Shown: positions 57,706 through 64,000 of the stretch, one piece after another | Position numbering within the stretch: position 1 is the stretch's first letter | Layout: the number at the start of each line of letters is the position of its first letter | Notes under the pieces: model-generated | Told to the model about the DNA's origin: nothing | The model's input: only the letters and a program-made list of their open reading frames with translations | Database searches by the model: none | Virus record (IMG/VR): IMGVR_UViG_3300014039_000032 | Coordinates: 6,209-70,208 of that record | DNA length: 64,000 bases | DNA from: a virus | Taxonomy: Duplodnaviria > Caudoviricetes | Strand: one strand, 5' to 3' | Translations under genes and position numbers: made by a program

Positions 57706-60315
57706 TTATATTCCAAGGGTTTGCGGGTTTTCTCCGTACAAAGTTTTCGGCTTTGGCGCTTCCCAAATTTCCTTGGCTTTCTGACGGTTTGCTACGTCAT
57801 AACACGCCGAGCCGCAATACTTTTGCAGCTCATCGCGCGGCTTGAATCGCTTCCCGCATATTGGACAAATCTTGCCAGTACCCACAAGATTCCGCTCAAG
57901 ATTACGCACGATATCCCATCCAAAGCAAGCCCACAACATCTTCTTGTTGCTGGACTTCTTAACCGTGTAAGCATACGCCACAAGACTATTCACGATATAC
58001 ACCAAATCTTCGCCGCTCACTGCCAAGATTTCTTCACGAACTCGCCGCGAGACATAATCGTCGCCGTCCTTGATGTTGTCCAGCTCATCATTGAATTTTG
58101 AGCGATTTCGTAACCAGTAATTATAAGCCTTGATGACCTCAGAATCCTCGCGGATGGTATAGTCGACATCTTGGTCAATGAGCATACGCCAATCAAATTT
58201 GCCGATGTTTTTGTTGTATTTTACTCTGACATCTGGTATGCTATCAGAGATACGGTTCATCGTTGATTCATTGATCGGATCAACCTGCGTATCGTCCTTA
58301 TCTTTGGCGTAAATGAAAAATTGCGGCACGCTCGACTTGGTATATCGCTTGATAATTTTGTCGATACTCTTTGGACGCTCAGGTAGCCAAAGGGTCTTGG
58401 CGTAGTCAATCACGGCGTTATTCTCAAAGCATAGCCACTTGACTACATCAAGCTGCTCTTGGCCAATCTTGCCACTATTCCAAATCTTCGTGATGTTATT
58501 GGATATCGGCCCGATATTGCCGCCAGTGTAAGCATGAATCATTCCTTGATACATCGACTCCGGCGTAAGCACAGCGGGCTGGGCCTTCTTGAGGTCATAG
58601 GCCAGCGGTCGAATGTCTGTCATGTTGCGTTTGGCAATTTTCGTCAACGTGCGGTCTTTAACGACGAGGCTCTTGTCGCCATCACAATCGAACATAAGGT
58701 ATCGGCTGATAAGGTCGTGCGTCGACGTATAGATACACTTGGTCTCACCAAACCACTTGTCAAGTTCGGCTGTGCGAGTGTTTGTCTTAACTGCCCACTC
58801 TCTGTACAGGTGGGGGGAACGGAGACACGCCAACTCATCACCGTCTCTGTATTGGTTGGTATATACCTCGCCGTCCGCAAGTAAACCACGTGGATTCTGC
58901 TCGCCCTTGAACAGCCACTCGCAAAATGCGTATAAGTCAGGTGAAAGGAACAGGTACTTACCGTTCACGCGCAGCCGTCCGCCTCTCGCTTGCTTAACAA
59001 GACTCTGCTTGGTTTGCTTCAGAATCTCGCGGCTGTAAACATCCTTAAACAGCTCAGGGTAAATCTCAAGTGCCGCTTGCACAGCCGACTTATAACGGTT
59101 GTACGGCGTAGCTCCAAGTAGCCGCATAGTAGTTTGGTAATCCGCGCCAATAGTCTCAATCTCGTCAACCGTGCGCTTGGTCAACCGCTCAATCTCGCCA
59201 TCCGTCATATCGCTGAGAGTCTGAAGCATCTGGTAGTTGATACGGCTCTTAGGGATATACGCCTCCTCGATATTGCAGAAGCTCGCCTCGCAACCATATG
59301 CCTTGAATCGCGCTTTATAGCATTCCCAACTCGCGTAGTATTTACAGAGCTTGAATTGGCTCTTGGTGAAGATATAGCGAATATCCTCAAGCACAACATT
59401 GTGCCGCTGACCGTAGATATCTGTGACCCACCATTGGTCAGGCGTACATTTTTCGCGCAAGAATTTGTCGAACGGAAAGTAGACCATCAAACCCTTGACC
59501 CACGGCAAACGAACCATGCGCGTCGGCTTGTCAAGCATGATACCGCAGCCATCCATGTGGGGGATAGGCGTATCTGTCAACTCGCGCTTGATTTCATACG
59601 TCATGCCGTCAATGTGGTCAACCTCACCAGCCACCAGTGTCTCAAAATCGTCAACCACAATGCTCTTGTCGATGTCAAAATCTTGCCAAACATCCGTAGC
59701 CGAATTCATCAGAGCCAGATACGCAAGGTACTTGTTGCAATTCATGCCGCTTTGACGGTTGATGTCCTCGATGGTTAGACCGCACATCAGACGTTGCTCT
59801 ACGCGGAGAAATGCGGACTCGCGGATGAACACGGCCCTCTTGGTGCGGATTTGGCCAGCAGAAGCAGTGAGGAAAATGTAGTGCTCGCCATCCCAATCAA
59901 ATCCTTGCTTAACAAGATTCTCAAAGACCTGAAAGAAAAATACGTTGACGATAATCAAATCCTTGGTAAGCTGGAACGTCTTGAGGTTCAAAGCTCGCGT
60001 CAAGCTCGACTCAAACAGGTTGATGACGTTGCGGTCTTTGAGTACCTCAGGATTGAGCTGCCGCGTAATTCCCTCAGCCGCCCGCTGGTCAAGAATCCCG
60101 CTCAACCTTTCTTTATGCTTGGCGAGACAGCGGTTATACGCCGATACGCGCCATTGGCCATCCCAAGCATTTGTCTTGCCGTCTTTGAGCCGCGTCTTTA
60201 ATTTTGCTCGCGCCGAGTACATCTTGACCATGCGCCGATGAATCTCTTGTTCATCTGGCTGGTAGAATATGCTCGTATCGCATGAATAGAGATATACTTG
60301 ATTCGTCAAACTCAT
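57706..60315 (-). CDS. YonO-type single-subunit DNA-dependent RNA polymerase (two-barrel, RdRP-like)
   Basis: 869 aa; TASAGQIR, MDGCG, RLPWVKG, LRSPH and catalytic FDCDGD; heads the late operon as in SPbeta. Confidence 0.8.
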   Translation of the reverse strand: MSLTNQVYLYSCDTSIFYQPDEQEIHRRMVKMYSARAKLKTRLKDGKTNAWDGQWRVSAYNRCLAKHKERLSGILDQRAAEGITRQLNPEVLKDRNVINLFESSLTRALNLKTFQLTKDLIIVNVFFFQVFENLVKQGFDWDGEHYIFLTASAGQIRTKRAVFIRESAFLRVEQRLMCGLTIEDINRQSGMNCNKYLAYLALMNSATDVWQDFDIDKSIVVDDFETLVAGEVDHIDGMTYEIKRELTDTPIPHMDGCGIMLDKPTRMVRLPWVKGLMVYFPFDKFLREKCTPDQWWVTDIYGQRHNVVLEDIRYIFTKSQFKLCKYYASWECYKARFKAYGCEASFCNIEEAYIPKSRINYQMLQTLSDMTDGEIERLTKRTVDEIETIGADYQTTMRLLGATPYNRYKSAVQAALEIYPELFKDVYSREILKQTKQSLVKQARGGRLRVNGKYLFLSPDLYAFCEWLFKGEQNPRGLLADGEVYTNQYRDGDELACLRSPHLYREWAVKTNTRTAELDKWFGETKCIYTSTHDLISRYLMFDCDGDKSLVVKDRTLTKIAKRNMTDIRPLAYDLKKAQPAVLTPESMYQGMIHAYTGGNIGPISNNITKIWNSGKIGQEQLDVVKWLCFENNAVIDYAKTLWLPERPKSIDKIIKRYTKSSVPQFFIYAKDKDDTQVDPINESTMNRISDSIPDVRVKYNKNIGKFDWRMLIDQDVDYTIREDSEVIKAYNYWLRNRSKFNDELDNIKDGDDYVSRRVREEILAVSGEDLVYIVNSLVAYAYTVKKSSNKKMLWACFGWDIVRNLERNLVGTGKICPICGKRFKPRDELQKYCGSACYDVANRQKAKEIWEAPKPKTLYGENPQTLGI

Positions 60316-60436
60316 CTGCTACTACATCCTTCTCGAATTGCCAATCTGGGTAATCGTCAAGCTCTTCCGGCTCGACATCTAATCGCTGTCGCATGGTCAA
60401 CTTTGGCTGGTTGTACGACATTTCTCGCCATTTCAA
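60251..60436 (-). CDS. Small acidic hypothetical protein
   Basis: TTG after GAGGAGGTG, directly after promoter. Confidence 0.5.
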   Translation of the reverse strand: MKWREMSYNQPKLTMRQRLDVEPEELDDYPDWQFEKDVVADEFDESSISLFMRYEHILPAR

Positions 60437-60476
60437 GTTTTCACCTCCTCACCTTTATCTTCAACTCTTTTATTGT

Positions 60477-60505
60477 ATTATAACACATGATATGTTAGAT
60501 GTCAA
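60477..60505 (-). promoter_or_regulatory. sigmaA-type promoter driving RNA polymerase gene
   Basis: TTGACA-N17-TATAAT with extended -10. Confidence 0.8.
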
Positions 60506-60550
60506 GGAACATATTAAAAATTATCATAAAATATTTTTTATAATTTATAC

Positions 60551-60579
60551 TTGACAAATACTAAAATCTATGCTAAAAT
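60551..60579 (+). promoter_or_regulatory. sigmaA-type promoter (divergent)
   Basis: TTGACA-N17-TAAAAT with extended -10. Confidence 0.65.
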
Positions 60580-60671
60580 ATCTTATATAGCTTAGAATAT
60601 AATATATTAGTTATAAAAGGATAGAAAAGGGGTTGTAGGGGAAAGGAAAGGGAATGGTCAAAATTTCCCTC

Positions 60672-60700
60672 TTGACAATCTCGACACGTCATGATATACT
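60672..60700 (+). promoter_or_regulatory. sigmaA-type promoter
   Basis: TTGACA-N17-TATACT with extended -10. Confidence 0.75.
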
Positions 60701-60719
60701 CGCAAGCGAGGTGAATGAA

Positions 60720-61799
60720 ATGTTTGAAACTTTGAGAGCCAACAGACTCAACAATCAGATTTCCGAGCTTAAAGCCCAACGCAATTCTTTGCTCAAGCAA
60801 ATCGAAGACGCCAAGCAAACGCTCGAAGCCAGCTGTTACATTTGCAACAATATCGAGACGATGCAAGAGTATGGCATTCCATACTACGATGATAGTCTTG
60901 ACGAGCTGGAGCACAAGCGTTATCTGAGAGAGAGTTGGGTTGCCAAAGAGGTCGAGCGTGGTATCTGGAGTATCGAGCAGCCATATCTTCTTAACGGCTC
61001 TAAGTCCAAAGGCGAAGAAATGCAGAAGGCGTTCAGTTCTGGCATTGCATACAGCCTCAATGCGTATATTGCCGCCAAAGAAAAAAATTTGACCGAAGCA
61101 AATCTTGAGCAGAACATTAAGCTGGTTCGGGCAAAATTTGACAAGTATGTCACAAAATGCGCCAAAATGGGAATTGGGCTTAATGTCAAATATCTTGAAC
61201 ATAGACTCGACTTAATGTCAATAAATTTAGCCATTAAACTCAAGCAGAAAGCTGAAAAAGCCAAGATGCGCGAAGAAGCTAAACGACTTAAAGAACAAGA
61301 GCAACTACTTGCCGATGCCGAACGAGAACGCGCAAGATTGCAGAAAGACCGCCGAATGTACGAACAAAATCTCGCCAATGCTACGAGTGAATCCGCACGC
61401 AAGGAATTTGAGGCAAAGCTCGCAGAGATTGACAAGCGGGTGCGAGATATCGACTATCGCACAAAGAATCTGAGAGCCGGATACCTGTACATCACGTCAA
61501 CGCCGTCCATGCCAAACATGACAAAGATTGGCGCGACTCGCAGATTGAATCCTTTGCGCCGAATCCAAGAGCTATCCAGTGCGAGCGTGCCGTTTCCATT
61601 TGTTTGCCACGGGCTGGTATTTAGCGATGATGTCTTTGCGCTGGAGGCGGCAATCCATAAATATTTCGATGACAAGCGCGTTAATAAGGAAAATGGGCAT
61701 AAGGAATTTTTCACCATTAGCCCATGCGATGCTATTGGCGCTCTACGTGACGAATTTCACGTTGATGTGCATTTTGTAAACGAACAGGAGGGCGAGTAA
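60720..61799 (+). CDS. DUF4041 plus T5orf172 (GIY-YIG-like) domain protein
   Basis: Coiled coil then GYLYI.S......KIG.TRR..P..RI.ELS.ASVPFPF, LE..IH..F...VN....KEFF. Confidence 0.85.
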   Translation: MFETLRANRLNNQISELKAQRNSLLKQIEDAKQTLEASCYICNNIETMQEYGIPYYDDSLDELEHKRYLRESWVAKEVERGIWSIEQPYLLNGSKSKGEEMQKAFSSGIAYSLNAYIAAKEKNLTEANLEQNIKLVRAKFDKYVTKCAKMGIGLNVKYLEHRLDLMSINLAIKLKQKAEKAKMREEAKRLKEQEQLLADAERERARLQKDRRMYEQNLANATSESARKEFEAKLAEIDKRVRDIDYRTKNLRAGYLYITSTPSMPNMTKIGATRRLNPLRRIQELSSASVPFPFVCHGLVFSDDVFALEAAIHKYFDDKRVNKENGHKEFFTISPCDAIGALRDEFHVDVHFVNEQEGE

Positions 61800-61972
61800 T
61801 GTTTAAAGTAATTGAAAAAGAGGCTTGGGAAAACAACGAGTGGTGGAACGAATTTACTGTATATGCGATTCGTGATGATGTCTGCGACTATCCGCAATTT
61901 CTCATCTATGATTCTGCATGGAAGTGGAAAAGCGCCAAGAATTTTATACCAGTGGAGGAAAATGAAGGATGA
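61799..61972 (+). CDS. Small hypothetical protein (57 aa)
   Basis: Read manually: MFKVIEKEAW...; TAATG-coupled. Confidence 0.5.
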   Translation: MFKVIEKEAWENNEWWNEFTVYAIRDDVCDYPQFLIYDSAWKWKSAKNFIPVEENEG

Positions 61973-62415
61973 TAACAAGAGATGAAATGGTAAGAACGCT
62001 TGATGAGTTTTGCGACGGGCAAGAAAAATGCAGTGTCTGTTTGCTTAATAAATTTTCTTGCTCAAACGGCGATTCCTGGGACTTTGACGAATGGTCTGAT
62101 GACAAGTTGGCAATCGCGTATGACCACGTACGCAAGAATGGCGAAGCTCGTCTGGATAGCGGCCATTTGAAAGAGCAGGACGCTAAGCCTGATATGGTCA
62201 ACCACCCGCAGCACTACACGCAAGGCGGCATCGAATGTATTGACGCGCTCAAGGCAGCTACGGTTGGCAAGCACGGCATTGAGGCCGTATGCGTGGCAAA
62301 CATCATCAAATACCTCTGGAGATATGAAGAAAAGAACGGCGTAGAGGATGTGCGCAAGGCAAAATGGTATATTGAACGATTGCTAAAAGAACTTGAGGAG
62401 AGCCAGCAGGATTAA
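61969..62415 (+). CDS. DUF3310-domain protein
   Basis: DMVNHPQHY..GGIECIDA...NIIKYLWRY..KNG.EDV.KA.WY. Confidence 0.85.
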   Translation: MITRDEMVRTLDEFCDGQEKCSVCLLNKFSCSNGDSWDFDEWSDDKLAIAYDHVRKNGEARLDSGHLKEQDAKPDMVNHPQHYTQGGIECIDALKAATVGKHGIEAVCVANIIKYLWRYEEKNGVEDVRKAKWYIERLLKELEESQQD

Positions 62416-63434
62416 GACTCGCTGGCTCTATCCTTCTTAAACCATCTCGGCGGGTTCTTGGTCATATTGTATTGAATAAATTCTTGGCGCTGGCCATTGG
62501 TGCAAACCGCATCAAGCTGGGTAGTGCCAAGAATTTTTCTTTTGGCTTCAGTGTTAATAAGCTCGGGGCTACCAACTGTGCGCAGGATATAATCGATGCT
62601 CGCCTGAAGCCAAGACGACTCTGGGCAACTCAAGATGCTGACGGAGCGCAGTTTGTCGTATCCACCATCATCAGCAAATTCCTTCTTGGTCAGCTCTCCA
62701 ACACGCTCTTCAAATTGATTCCACTTAGCCTCCGGCATCCACTTAGGATTGTCGAGGGAGCCAAGATAATCTACGCCGAGGACTTGACGCATCGCAGTTG
62801 CCCAAACCCGCTGACAGCGTTTCTCTTGCTCGCTGTCGGGCTTAACATTGACTCGCAACGTATATTGCTTGCCGTCAACCTCATAGGTCTTATAGAGTCG
62901 AAAGCCATAGCGCCTAAATACAATGTGCCGCGCGTCAAGATTCTCAATGCGGCGATATGTCCACTGATGGAGGATACGGTAAACAATCTTGCTCATGTCG
63001 TTCATGTAGACAAGATTCTTATTGATGGCGTTGAGCGCTTGGCGATTGAACGTATAGAGGAAATTTTCATTAACCTCGCGGAACAGCATCAGCATCTCGG
63101 TGTTCGATAGGTGTAGCGGCTTACAACCGTTGTCAAGAAACGTCTGGTAGAGCATGGCGTCAAATAAGAGCTGCTGGTCTGGAGCGTCAAGATATTCAAT
63201 GAACGCCGTAATGTTCTCGTCGTAGATTTGCTTGACGAGATAGCGTTGAGTTCCTTGGATGCGCTCAAGCTCGCAATATTTTTGAAGTTCTCTGAGTTGA
63301 GCCGCTTTCTGTGTCCCGCCTCGTTCTGGCAAATCCAATGTGCGGCAAAGTTGGCGATAGTTCATTTCTTGGCCAACAATCGTCGGCAGTTTCTCGATGG
63401 CTTCTCGGCTGATATTTTCTTTATTCTTCGGCAT
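62412..63434 (-). CDS. Hypothetical DNA-binding protein (candidate replication initiator/regulator)
   Basis: 340 aa; N-terminal YRQLC..L helix motif; adjacent to an AT-rich repeat region. Confidence 0.6.
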   Translation of the reverse strand: MPKNKENISREAIEKLPTIVGQEMNYRQLCRTLDLPERGGTQKAAQLRELQKYCELERIQGTQRYLVKQIYDENITAFIEYLDAPDQQLLFDAMLYQTFLDNGCKPLHLSNTEMLMLFREVNENFLYTFNRQALNAINKNLVYMNDMSKIVYRILHQWTYRRIENLDARHIVFRRYGFRLYKTYEVDGKQYTLRVNVKPDSEQEKRCQRVWATAMRQVLGVDYLGSLDNPKWMPEAKWNQFEERVGELTKKEFADDGGYDKLRSVSILSCPESSWLQASIDYILRTVGSPELINTEAKRKILGTTQLDAVCTNGQRQEFIQYNMTKNPPRWFKKDRASES

Positions 63435-63455
63435 TTTCGGCCTCCTTAAAATTTG

Positions 63456-63538
63456 AAAAGTTGACTAATGACCCAAAAGTTGACTGTTTGTGGCTATAGA
63501 GAATAGTCTTTCTATGTATCAATTAGTAGTCAACTTTT
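63456..63538. repeat. AAAAGTTGACT x2 direct plus 1 inverted copy
   Basis: Copies at 63456, 63475 and (inverted) 63528; core AGTTGACT also at 63725. Confidence 0.75.
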
Positions 63539-63562
63539 TTAGAGCTATTTTCGCCCATAGTG

Positions 63563-63592
63563 ATTATATCACAACTTTGCGCTATTTGTCAA
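63563..63592 (-). promoter_or_regulatory. sigmaA-type promoter of 62412-63434
   Basis: TTGACA-N18-TATAAT with extended -10. Confidence 0.7.
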
Positions 63593-63922
63593 TAGGGTAT
63601 ATAACAATACTTTTTAAGTTTTAGTGATTTTGACGTAAATTATGTTTGCATTGATGTGCTCGAAAGTATTGCGGTTATTACGCTTTTGGGCTTTGTTAGT
63701 GCTACAAGCGATAATGCAACTGATAGTTGACTTCTGCTCCGATACTACACCCCCGTTTTAATCGCCAGATATTCACCTAATAATGTTTATTATCAGGTGA
63801 ATACTGTTGCTTTTGCAACATTCTGGACAAATAGTCCTAAGTTAGGCAACCTAACAACCAAACTATATCGGTAACCGATACATAGAATGCCTATACATTA
63901 CGTGTAGTGCTCATGTTGGTAT

Positions 63923-63986
63923 AACAAATCTGTTTAACCAAACAAATCTGTTTAACACTATGCTTACTATAACATATTTGTTTAAC
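63923..63986 (+). repeat. Iteron-like 16-bp direct repeats
   Basis: AACAAATCTGTTTAAC at 63923 and 63941; 14/16 copy AACATATTTGTTTAAC at 63971. Confidence 0.75.
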
Positions 63987-64000
63987 CTTATCATCTATGA

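Noticed and set aside
63923-63986. CRISPR array
   Set aside because: Repeats are 16 bp with 2- and 14-bp gaps; no spacer-sized unique sequences and no cas genes.
1-64000. Stop-codon reassignment
   Set aside because: Core genes are intact in code 11; all breaks are explained by introns or single-base events.

Overview
This window is a large part of a tailed dsDNA phage or prophage genome with SPbeta-like architecture, from a gut Firmicute. The host is inferred from consensus sigmaA promoters, GGAGG Shine-Dalgarno sites, anaerobic nrdD/G and an M15 endolysin; the small-gene families suggest Oscillospiraceae-type Clostridia. Bases 1-23.8 kb (+ strand) hold a recombination, replication and nucleotide-metabolism arm: a 5'-truncated tyrosine recombinase, PhoH, an adenine methyltransferase, a NifS/IscS-like cysteine desulfurase, DnaE, an HNH endonuclease, an AAA/SSB pair, a DnaB-like helicase, primase, RecD2, nrdD split by three group I introns that each encode an HNH ORF, nrdG, a ThyX-like gene and dUTPase. 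Bases 60.4-23.9 kb (- strand) hold a late operon: a YonO-type single-subunit RNA polymerase, two HU-like proteins, a phosphoesterase, terminase, portal, head protease, capsid, tail, tape measure, tail fibres, lysis genes and low-GC receptor-binding cassettes. Bases 60.5-64 kb hold a few accessory genes and an AT-rich, repeat-bearing region. The most unusual feature is a predicted group I intron (38938-39686) splitting the tape-measure gene. Instead of a homing endonuclease, it carries a 3-TM membrane-protein gene with its own sigmaA promoter inside an 11-bp inverted-repeat stem. Second, two unrelated free-standing HNH genes share an RNA leader architecture whose loop pairs with their own ribosome-binding site. 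All calls come from motifs and manual reading; no database search or folding program was run.
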